Source: Octopus vulgaris (taxonomy: Eukaryota). From it: a stretch of DNA of 64,000 nucleotides. The translations under genes were made by a program, and so were the position numbers. The notes under the pieces were generated by a model, which worked only from the letters and a program-made list of their open reading frames with translations, searched no databases and was not told the origin of the DNA. Each line of letters opens with the position of its first letter. The stretch's first letter is position 1. The DNA is taken from assembly GCA_951406725.2 (NCBI GenBank), contig OX597814.1, positions 159,774,001-159,838,000 of the forward strand, given 5' to 3'. Shown piece after piece: positions 1-12,566 of the stretch.

Positions 1-128
1 AGCAGCAGCAGCAGCAACAGCAGCGGTAGTAGTAGTAGCAGCAGCAGCGGTAGTGGCAGTAGTAGTAGTTGTAGTAGTTGTAGTAGTAGTTGCTGTTATT
101 GCTGTTATTGTTGCCGTCGTCGTTGTTT
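1..128. repeat. Compound trinucleotide microsatellite (CAG/TAG/TTG/TCG)
   Basis: Directly visible tandem triplets. Confidence 0.9.
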
Positions 129-1249
129 AGCCCCAGGTAATCTCTGAGCAGTCTATGATCAAAAGGCATTAGCGTTATTTTTATTTATTTATTTATTTAT
201 TTATTTTTATATTTAATTATTGCAAGTATTGTGTTCTTGTACTGTGTCCTTTTGTTTTTTTTTAACACTTTGAAGTGTGATCTAAAGGAGATTTGGCTGC
301 TATATCTAACAAGTCGAACGATCACGTGGAAACTCTCATATTGACTCGTCTCTCGCTCTAAACAGAAATTTATAGTAACCATCTTTGAAGAAACTTAAAT
401 CGTATTTTACACAAGTTCATCGTAAACTTTGTACCGAAACGTTGAAACATATGTTTATATATTCTGGATTTCACGTTGTTGTCTCTGTTGCTGTTTAGCT
501 TCAGATCAGCCCCGCTCGGACATCTATTTACGAATGCGTTCCAGTCATGACCATCCTGTCATCATGCTTTTATTTATATATGTTTGATTTATTTATCATT
601 ATTTTAATATATAAATATATAAAGCTCTACATCCTTGTGTAATGTGTTCTTCATTATTTTAGAAAGTAAGGTGTGATTTAAGGGAGATTTAGTTCTTATT
701 TCCAGCAGGCCGAGCAATGACGTACAAAAACTCCCACTATGCGGGGTAACTAGAAATGTTAGAGTACCGATGATATGAGAGCTTATGGAAGAAATAGTTG
801 CACGAGCATTCGCTTTTTTCCTTTTCAGCTGAGTAGGCTTGAGCCAAGTATACAACGCGTTGCTCGAGTCAGGAATCGAACTTAAGACCTTAAATTCGTG
901 AGCCTAATACACGAACTGCTGAATCACGCGCCTTCATTTGAGAATAGTTAAAGTAGATAATAATTGAAGTCAGATCCTATAAATTGATTAATTAAATCCT
1001 TATAGCAAATATTTACGAAATCATGTCATGATATGTGTGTACGCGCGTGCGCGAAAATATGTATGCGCGCGTCTTAAACGATATGGTTAAAAAGCTTCAG
1101 CTTTTCCAACTGACAACAAAGTGTTCAGTATCTGTCCGCATAAAAGCTTGCAGAGCGCAGTATGCATACATACATATATGTGCATGCGTACGTGTGTGTA
1201 TATATGAATGTTTGTCTATATGCATATTTACAAATGTATGTATATTTGC

Positions 1250-1262
1250 ATATATATGTATG

Positions 1263-1339
<77 letters not shown>

Positions 1340-1385
1340 GTACATATATATATACATATATATATATACATATATATACATATAC

Positions 1386-1468
<83 letters not shown>

Positions 1469-1475
1469 TATATAC

Positions 1476-1526
<51 letters not shown>

Positions 1527-1560
1527 CATATATATATATACATATATATATATACATACA

Positions 1561-1615
<55 letters not shown>

Positions 1616-1686
1616 CATGTTAATATATATGTATGTATGTATATATATGTATGTATGTATGTATGTATATATGTTTGTTTATATGC

Positions 1687-1720
<34 letters not shown>
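1250..1720. repeat. (TA)n/(TACA)/(TATG) compound microsatellite
   Basis: Directly visible; the source of the spurious YIYI ORFs. Confidence 0.97.
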
Positions 1721-1723
<3 letters not shown>

Positions 1724-2190
1724 GTTTTTAATGCCCGTAGTTACTTTTTCGCCGTTTTATGAGAAATTTGGAGCCCGAGATCTTCAGGAGACTTTTGTTG
1801 TAATTGGCGGAGCAAAAGATAAACCAGTGGCATGTCCGGATGTTTCACATCGGCGCTTTATTTATTGCCCTGAAAAGAAGCAGCAAAATTATCATTCTGT
1901 TTGCAAGTCTGCAATGGCTTTGTCTTATTGATCATCAATAGCAAGCAAAAGGTGGTTTATAACATGATATATCTCAGCCAACCTAACGTGTACCGTTTTG
2001 AGAAGATACTGAATGGGGTAACTCTGTCGAAGATAAACCAAGCAATATCGGTAAACACACGGCATTTTTTTTTTGTTGCTAAATGTGCTTCGAGGATGAT
2101 ATTGTATGTCCACTGTGATGATGTTCGAAAGAGCTCATGAGCTGGTATCTAATGCAGGAGTAAATGTATAGTGAATGAGTCTATATCAAA

Positions 2191-2197
2191 TATAAAA
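2191..2197 (+). promoter_or_regulatory. Candidate TATA box (TATAAAA) upstream of the transglutaminase
   Basis: TATAAAA about 320 nt upstream of ATG 2515 and upstream of a putative 5'UTR exon ending at 2422. The AT-rich background makes a chance match likely. Confidence 0.25.
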
Positions 2198-2514
2198 AGC
2201 AAAGTATTGTGCTTTACTTCGACTTAATAGCAAACTCATTCACGGCTGACTGTATTAGCACATGAGCTCTTTCCAGTATCGCCACAAAGAAAATACAATA
2301 CTTGGTTAACACAACAGTACAAATTTTGTTGTACTACCAGCTCCGGTTAAATCCGTATAGGACTATGTCACGTGCGTAGATAAAAACATAATAACGTATT
2401 GGAATATGAAAGAAAATAACAGGTAAGAAAATGAAAAAACCGCTTACACGAAAGTATGAATTGTTGTTATTCGATATTCTTCCAGACACGAGCAGCAAAG
2501 ATAAGAAAGATCCT

Positions 2515-2702
2515 ATGGGGAGAATGCCGAGGGGAAATGTAAGACATTTTGGTCCCCCCTTTATGGGTCCGCCCATGCCAGGTGAAGGTTTTGAAGGGTT
2601 TCCACCACCACCACCTCCTTGTGCAATGAGTGCTCCTCCTCAATCGAGAAAGAAAAAAAACGCCGAGAAAGAGCGCTTGCAAGACGTGGAAGGCGAACCT
2701 AG
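2515..2702 (+). CDS. Transglutaminase coding exon 1 (Pro-rich N-terminus MGRMPRG...FPPPPPPC...SRKKKN)
   Basis: Acceptor ttccag at 2485, ATG at 2515, donor AG|gtgaat at 2703 (phase 2), matching the next exon. Confidence 0.8.
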
Positions 2703-3561
2703 GTGAATATGACTTATCGCAATAAATATTCTATGACAAACTTTCACAATTGATCAGAACTTCTATGCAATATTTTTTTAATGCGAAGGATGAGATGTAT
2801 TTTTTTAATGGATAGTATATGTATGGTTGTATTTTCTTAGATATGAGGATAATACAGAGAAACGACCTAAAAGCCCGGCAGCGACGCAGGAACGAAAATC
2901 GGAGGCCAAAGATAAGGATGTAAGAGAACCCAGGCAAGAAAATCACCATAACAGAAATGATCCCTGTGACAAACAAAGTGATGTTGGTAGTCAACATCGA
3001 AATTCTTCTGTTTTTGACACTGAATCAAAGTTTTCGGATTTAGAGAAGAGTAATAGATTTTACCCTTATCCAGAATTCGACAGGCATGGTATGATGCCTC
3101 CATTTGATATGATGCCTATGGGTTACGGTCCTCCTGACGGCATGAGACCTCCAGTGTATATGAATTATCCAGAAAAGCCTGTAGATATGTCTCGCATGAC
3201 AATGGATTTCGAAGGCAACTACATGGACAATAACGGACAATTCATGGATCCCTTAGATATGCCACAGCATAACGAAATGGATCTTCTTAGGGAGAATATG
3301 AACTTCCGTCCTCCATATATGGACCAATTTCCTGGAGATATGGATGGTTGTGTGGGTATACCTCCCATGGAAATGAAACGTTACACTCAAAGACGGAAAG
3401 ATGGGTTTGATGGTAAGTAGGAAAGAAATGCATTAAACTGCATGGTGCCTCCTTAATATAACTCATGCTTGCACATATAGACACACTTAAATTGCAAACA
3501 CAGAAAACCCTTAGGATACAAAATATACATACATGCATGCATACATATATATATGTATATG

Positions 3562-3613
<52 letters not shown>

Positions 3614-3635
3614 CATACATATATATATGTATATG

Positions 3636-3678
<43 letters not shown>

Positions 3679-3705
3679 GCATGCATACATATATATATGT
3701 ATATG

Positions 3706-3742
<37 letters not shown>

Positions 3743-3769
3743 GCATGCATACATATATATATGTATATG

Positions 3770-3860
<91 letters not shown>

Positions 3861-5101
3861 ATATAGGATAAAATTTTTTTCGGAAAAAATTTTTATCAAT
3901 GGCCAGCATATCATAAAATGCCTTTAAAGGTAAAATTTATACATAATTTACAAGATAAGAGCAGAAGAAAAATTCTAATGCCAAATATGCCGAAACAAAA
4001 GATTTTGTCGATAACCATTATAATTTATACGTCTCGAAAAAGACCGATAGAAATCTCTAAAAAATTCGTTATTACCGTATTGGTCCAATTTCGGGGTTAA
4101 TTCCTAAGAAATTTTCCCCTCTTCAGCGGCAAATACGCGAGATATAAATGAAATACTTACTCATACCCACGGAGAAAGCAAGCACTAAGTCCCGAGCAGA
4201 CTTAAATACCCCAAATATATCCAGATTTGGTATTAGAATTTTTCTTCAGCCCTTATCTTGTAAATTATGTATAAATTTTACCTTTAAAGGCATTTTTTGA
4301 TATGCTGGCCATTGATAAAATTTTTTTCCCGAAAAAAATTTTATCCTATATTAATTATAAATAGACTAGCAGTATCGCCCGGCGTTGCTCAGGTTTGTAA
4401 GGGAAATAACTATAAAGCATTTTTAGAGAGTTATAGCCCAAAAATAGCAAAAAAATGGAAAAAAATGATGGTAATTTTTTTTTTTTTAGTTAAAAAAAGG
4501 TGGAGTTGCGTCCCCTAGACAGGTTGCGGTTTGTGTTTCTGATTCTCGACCCCATGTCGAATTTATCGATTTTTTTCAGAACTGGGGGAACTTTTCAAAA
4601 TTTTCGCTGCGTTAGTTTTGAATTATGGCATTGAGCTATGTGTGTGTCAAGTTTCATCAGAATCGGTTGAAAGCCGTGGTCAGGGTGAGGGTACAAGCAA
4701 ACAGACACACAGAAACACGCACAGACAAACTGCCGTTTATATAGAGAGAGATTAGTGTTCACTTCCGGATTTTATCACTCTGTGAAAGTTTCTAGTTCGA
4801 GTCTCGAGGTGCGCCGAAGATTTTTCTATTTTTGATATATTTCGGGTACTTAAGTCTGCTCGGGACTTAGTGCTTGCTTTCTCCGTGGGTATGAGTAAGT
4901 ATTTCATTTATATCTCGCGTGTTTGCCGCTGAAGAGGGGAAATTTCTTAGGAATTAACCCCGAAATTGGACCAATACGGTAATAACGAATGTTTTAGAGA
5001 TTTCTATCGGTTTGTTTCGAGACGCATAAATTATAATGGTTATCGACAAAATTTTTTGTTTCGGCATATTTGGCATTAGAATTTTTCTTCTGCCCTTATC
5101 T

Positions 5102-5150
<49 letters not shown>

Positions 5151-5201
5151 ATATATATATGTATGTGTGTATATATATATGTATGTGTGTATATATATAT
5201 G

Positions 5202-5239
<38 letters not shown>

Positions 5240-5387
5240 TGCATATATATATGTATATATATATATGCATATATATATATATATGTATGTATGTATATAT
5301 ATATATATATATGCATATATATATATATATATATATATATAAACATAATTAAATAGGGTAATAAAATAAATTTATTATATTTTTTAT

Positions 5388-5431
<44 letters not shown>

Positions 5432-5854
5432 CTGACAAAATGCTTAGCGCCATTTTGCTCGTCTTTATGATCTGAGTTCAAATTCTGCGCGGTTGACTTT
5501 GCCTTTCATCCTTTCAGGGTCGATAAAATAAGTACCAGTTGAGTACTGGGTCGATATAATCGACTTACATTATTGGTAACCTGTTCGATTAACAAATAGC
5601 ATATATATATATATATATATATAACGGGAAGGTTTACGAAAATAAACAAAAGACGAAGGCAGGTGTAGTACAAACAAATAATGTATTAGTATGGCGCTCA
5701 GGAATAGAAATAAAACAAGTCTTTTACGTTTCGAGCCTACGCTCTTCGAAAGAAAGATACACAGACAAGAAACTATATATATACACACACACATATATAT
5801 ATATATACGGAGAGAGACAGACATATAAACAGACAGAGACCTACAGATAGACAA

Positions 5855-5931
<77 letters not shown>

Positions 5932-6148
5932 GATTATGTCTGTTTTCAACTACATAGGCACCTAAAGCAACTACCAAAAGAGTGGTACAAGCTTTCAGAT
6001 TATACTCACTTGTAGGGGAGGTCTACGCTTATAGATAGATAGATAGATAGATAATGATTGTCTGTTTTCAACTACATAGGCACCTAAAGCAACTACCAAA
6101 AGAGTGGTACAAGCTTCCAGATTATGCTACTTGTAGGGGAGGTCTACG

Positions 6149-6187
<39 letters not shown>

Positions 6188-7021
6188 AAACACACATACA
6201 TGTGTTGTATGTGTGTTTGACCTTATTTATATACTTCGTAATTCACATTTGAATTACATGTGTGTGTGTGTGTGTGTATGTGTAGATACATATGCTAAAG
6301 TAACAAATTAAGGAAAGAAATTTCTTCAAAGGGGTGTGTAAAACATCCAATTCACTGGTACATCAGTTGAGTACCACAGAAATGCAAGTTACAAACAATT
6401 GAATAGAGAGATTCAATTGACAATCTAATAATTTATTTATAATTCCGCAAAGAAAAATTATATAAGTTATATAAATGATAATATAGTATCATATTAATAT
6501 AATGGTAACAACCGCAGGCTGATATACTCATATGGCACAAATATAGTAAATTTTTCAATCATAAAGTTTATACAATATTCGTATGCCTATTTGCGATATA
6601 GGTCGCTTTTCCATTACCACTTAAAATGGTCAGACCCAAACAGAAATCGTTTATTTTCACTATAAAACACATATTGCTAGGTTCATACCACCCCCTTAAG
6701 ACCCAACTACAGTCTAGCTGAAAAATATAGAGTACCTCATAAGTAATATAAACGTTCTAAATTCAGTGGGGGCGTTAATGAAGATGTTACGCGTTAATTT
6801 AATGTGTTAAACTTATATTTATTAATGTATATCGAATTATACATAGATATATTAAAGATTTACACAGATATAAGAGTTAGAACTTAAGATCCACCCGCAG
6901 ACATTTTTCTTAGGAAATTTTTGCCCGCCGCAACTAAAAGGTTTCCCCACCTCTGGTTTTAGAGCAGCTAACAAAAAACTGTTCTTTATTTACGTAATTT
7001 ATAGAGTTAAGTTATAATAAT

Positions 7022-7087
<66 letters not shown>

Positions 7088-7373
7088 ATAACAATATAGG
7101 GTGAAGCCAATTAATTTGGAATAATCATTAATTTCACCAAATAGATTTCGGCATGTAAAAGCCCCATTCAAGGAAGGTTTAAGTAATACTAAGTAATTAA
7201 GGGTTTAGCAACAATTTGCCTCACCACACACCGAATTTAGAAATAGCAGTCAAAGAGTTATGGCTATTCTTTCTACTTAAAAGTAGAAAGAATAGCCATA
7301 ACTCTTTGACAGCTATTTCTAAATTCGGTGTGTGGTGAGGCAAATTGTTGCTAAACCCTTAATTACTTAGTAT

Positions 7374-7431
<58 letters not shown>

Positions 7432-7616
7432 AAAATCAAGGAACGGCCATAATAGGCCATTCACCCACTAGAAATAATAGTGGGTGAATGGCCTATTATG
7501 GCCGTTCCTTGATTTTGCTGTTAAATTTACAAATGGTCTATGACTATTTAATTTTTTTCCCACTAGGCAGCTGGTGGCAAAAAAATTCTACGAAATTTTT
7601 TGCCACCCTATATTGA

Positions 7617-7651
<35 letters not shown>

Positions 7652-7685
7652 AGTTAGATAGATAGATAGATAGATAGTTAGATAG

Positions 7686-7755
<70 letters not shown>

Positions 7756-8182
7756 TCAATTCAAATAAACGAGTAAAATTAACGGAAGACAAGAGGATGT
7801 GCACAAGAAATATAACTTGATACTCGGTGAAAAGAGAGAAAGGAAAAAGTCGAAAGAAGGAAAAGAAATCGCCAACTGCACGTGTGTAATTACATTGTTG
7901 ATGTATATGTGTGTCTGTTTATATGCGTATATACTTGTGCATATGCACACTCACATGTGCACAAGTTTCTCCTTGTTACAATTTTCTTTTAGCCATACCA
8001 GTCATCTGAAAAGGCGTGAGTTTGCAGAAACTCGAGCATAATTATTATTACTAAACTTGTTAACTTAAATATTCTTTTCTACTAGTACTGAGTACTTTTT
8101 CACTCACTCGTTCTTCTATTTAAACGACCTGTGTGCATGTATGGGTTTCTGGGTGTGATTTAATAATAACAATAATAATAAT

Positions 8183-8238
<56 letters not shown>

Positions 8239-8333
8239 TAAATATTTCAGTGTCACTTTGATGGCATGCACTGCTCTCTCACTCAATAATAATAATAATG
8301 ATAATAATGATGATAATAACAATAATAATGATG

Positions 8334-8397
<64 letters not shown>

Positions 8398-8836
8398 TCA
8401 TGATGATGATGTATTACATTACAATAATATATTTTAACTGCACACTACATATTTAATAAATATGAGCTCAGTTCCGCTGTGTCAGTAGTAAATCGGATGA
8501 AATAGACATTCACGATGAACTGATAATAGCTGAAGAAACTAGTCGTATTGTAATTTACAACGCTTAGAGGAGGCGAGCTAGTAGAATCAATTAGCCCGCC
8601 GGGCAAAATGCTTTGTTATTTCTTCCAGCTTTACATTCTGAGTTCAAATTCCGCTCAGGTTGACTTTGCTTTTCATCCCTTCGGAGTTGAAATAAATACC
8701 AATTGAGCACTGGGGGGTTGATGTAATCGACTTGCCCCTCAGCCAAAATTTCAGGCCTTGTTAAAGATTATTAAATACGCATATACATTTATGTACAAGC
8801 GTAACCACAAACATTGTGCCTCATGTAATTTTTGTA

Positions 8837-8921
<85 letters not shown>

Positions 8922-8970
8922 GTATGTATATGCATATACATACATATATATAAAATATATATATATATGT

Positions 8971-9016
<46 letters not shown>

Positions 9017-9030
9017 GTATGTATATGCAT

Positions 9031-9096
<66 letters not shown>

Positions 9097-9184
9097 GTAT
9101 GAATATGTATGTATTATGCTATTATGCACGTGCAAATTTATGTATATAATTTATGCATATAATAACATATATTATTATATTTGT

Positions 9185-9226
<42 letters not shown>

Positions 9227-12200
9227 CCATGCATGTGTATATACATGGGTTGGACAAAATAATGGAAACACCTTGCATCATAGCATCATAATTTTGAAAT
9301 ATCTATAAAAGCGTCAAAAGCTTGTTTATTTTTATGTTTCTTGATTTATTATTAGTGTTGTTTAATATGTTTTGCTAAAATTGCTGCTTCTTTTCAGATA
9401 TCATCAAAAAAAGGTAATTAAAATTCATTAAAATATCAGATCTACCGGACTTTCAAAGAGGTCAAATTGTTGGTGCTCATATGGCAGTCCATACCTCATA
9501 GAATTCAAGCTGTAATTACTACCAAAGGCGGTTCTACTCAATATTAAAATTAATTTGAAATGTTAAGGTGTTTCCGTTATTTTGTCCTGTATATCTGTAT
9601 ATAAATATACATACATGCATAATTACACCCCCCATCACGCCCCCCCCCCCACACACGATTATCTTAATCGAAGGATTAAGATGACCACTATTGAATATAG
9701 AACTCAAAACTTTGACTTCACTTTAAGAATTAGTTTGTGCGTGCGTGCGTGCGTGCGTGTGTGTGAGAGAGAGTGTGTGACATGTGAAATTGTAAGTATA
9801 GCAAATACAAGAAAAAAAAAAGAAAAGGAAAATATTTTAAAGTTTAAAATATAATTATTTTTCAGAGATGAGTCCTCAAGAACTCATGGAAAATGGAATG
9901 CTGATCGTTACTCACGTCGACTATCACTTGGATGAAACTTTGAGGCTTCATCACACTGACCAATATGATATTGGCCAGAATGGTCAATTGATAGTTCGAC
10001 GTGGACAACCATTTATGTTGACTATTGAATTTCATGAAGAATACAACGAGGAGAAACATAAAATAAGATTCATCTTCCAAATTGGTTAGTATTTCTGTGA
10101 TCGTTTACTGAATTAAAATTATTTATTTATACGTTGGCAGAATCGTTAGCACACCGCGCAAAATGCTTAGCGGCATTTCGTCCGTCGTTACGATCTTTGT
10201 TCAAATTCCGCCGAGGTCGATACTAGCTTTGTTCCAAATTTTGAAACTAAAATTATTTATTCATTTATCTATTAATTTACTAAACAATAATATGGTTTTC
10301 TTTGTTTCCATAAGGTGAACACCCTCTACCATCAAAGAAGTCTGACATCAGGTTTGGCCTGACCGACAAATGGTATCCAGAAGAATGGGGAGCAAAACTG
10401 GTGTCCAGGAGAGGCAGAATGATTACTGTCTGTGTTCACCCTGCTTGTGATTGTATTGTAGGAGTGTGGGATTTTATGATTAAAACTACAGTAAGCGGTA
10501 AAGGAAGCTACATTTTCGACAATTTTGAGCAAATCTACATCCTCTTCAACCCTTGGGGCCAAAGTAAGTTGCTGAAAATAAATAGCAATCTAAGACTTGT
10601 GATCTATTCGAGTATTTGTTGTTCATAGATTTGTGCACGTCTGTATGAGTGAAGACATGCATGCTTGACCTCTCGTGTCCAGAAGTGTACTGTGTGTGTG
10701 ACTGTGCGTGCGCGCGTGAATGCGTGCGTGTGTGCGCGTGTATGTGTGTGTGTACGTCATCTCCTTGAATTATTTAGTTGCCACTAGATTTCACCCCTTG
10801 CATGTATGTATGTATGTATGTATGTATGTATGTATGTATGTATGTATGTATGTATAGCACATTTAACTGCTTTTTTATTTATTGACCTGGTCTAGAAGTA
10901 GAGGCTGTGCCCAAACTTTCACAGGGCCTCTGTTAAGATCTTATATGAACTGTTAACCCTGTAGGAATGACATTTTGTGATGGTGAGGAGTAATGTTCTG
11001 AAGCGGAAGAAATGAACGAAGGGTTTAGTGTTGTGTATGGTGGGGATAACGTGTGAAGGAGGTAACAGGGCTAACGTGCGTATAATATGCATAACGTGTG
11101 AAAGAGTTGAATGAGTCAGGACTGTTTGAGTGGAGAAAGCACGACATCACCACTTCCAAGGAGTCGAGGCCACGACAGTAGTCGTAGAAAAAGCAAAGAG
11201 CAATAGCATGTCTGTGCCGTAGCGTAGCAGTAGTAGAGGAGGAAGCGACAAGAACGGTCCAACCCGGACGACGCTTTTGTGGGACCAGCATTTTTGCGCT
11301 GGTTGTATAAGCTTGGGGGCTTTGGGAGAGGTGGTATGGTCAAAATCAAGGGTTGTCCCAGACAGCACACTTTCTAGCCACGCCAGAGAGACAATTGTAA
11401 GAGTGTGAGGTGTGCGACTTTTAACCACTAAATCGAATGACCTTTCTTTGGGTGTAGCCTGGATTGTCTACGTGTATAGCAACAGCGCTATGTCAGACTT
11501 GGAAGCATTGCTCTATTGTTGGTTTATCTGAGCTTTGTAGAGGATCAATAGTTGTTGTGGGGAGCGGTACGAAATCTCTGAAGAGGAAGGTAAAGCTTCG
11601 TAATGCGATTTTTAATATATTAAGGATGTGTGTTCATCCTTAATAAGAGAAAGGCCTCTCATTTGAAGTCATCGTGAATTTTCTAGTTGCGTGTTGATCG
11701 TGGATTGTGATGGTGTATTCTTGATACGGGTAGCGATTGTGTCTTTTTTGTAAATATGTATATTCTACGAGATCTAATGTGCAAGTATATGTATGAATTT
11801 GCATAATTATTATTTAGATATTAGAAAGCTTCACTTCGAATGTGATAAGAGTGAAAGTGTTTGCTTTATTATTACATTGACGGAAAGGCTTTCCAAAACT
11901 TTAATTTCAGTTTTGACTTAGGCCATGTTGCATATAAAATAGACATCTTACTTATGTATTCTTACCAATGCCCTCCTCCTCCTCCTCCTCCTCGTCTTCC
12001 TCCTTTATCCACTTCTATCTCTTTCTCTCTCTTCTTTCTGTCAACATGTCTATATTTCAGTATAAATTGTTATTCTTTCCAGCTGATCAAGTATACATGG
12101 AAGATAAAGACCTTCTCTATGAATATGTGCTAAATGATCATGGACACATATTTCAAGGAAGCGGGTGTTCTTCCGTTTACCAGAAACCCTGGAATTATGG

Positions 12201-12506
12201 TCAGGTATGCTTTAAAAGTAACATGTTGCTTTCGTTTAACACTTTTCCATCGTTAAGCACACAGAAAATAACTGAGCGTCTTCTAGCAGATCAGTTTCGG
12301 AAATACTTCTACATCAGAGACGTACCACTATTCTTTGGATAACCAGCGAACTTTGAATCGAAATTGTAATATATATATAGCGGTAGTTTATCATTAATGG
12401 TCGTCCTCAATTATTTGCAATACATTATTTGCCGCGTAGTAAATTAAATAAAAAAAAAAATATTCATGTAGAAAACTTAATTCAAGATACTTGAAACATG
12501 TACAAA

Positions 12507-12566
<60 letters not shown>

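Noticed and set aside
1035-1931. Long ORFs rich in YI/IY/CV/TH (also at 3287-3914, 4954-5356, 8751-9149, 32226-32927, 50789-53325, 60145-60982)
   Set aside because: These are translations of (TA)n, (CA)n and (GATA)n microsatellites, which lack stop codons; they are not genes.
1741-2140. Coding-looking unique sequence upstream of the TGase
   Set aside because: No recognisable protein and no convincing splice pair; stops interrupt the frames I checked.
2431-2514. ATG 2431 as the TGase start
   Set aside because: It lies within a likely 63-nt intron (2423-2485); kept only as a possible intron-retention isoform.
2827-3420. Stand-alone reflectin gene
   Set aside because: Only one clear motif is present, and the surrounding sequence is rich in Lys/Glu/Pro, unlike reflectins. 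The ORF is bounded by splice sites in phase with the TGase exons.
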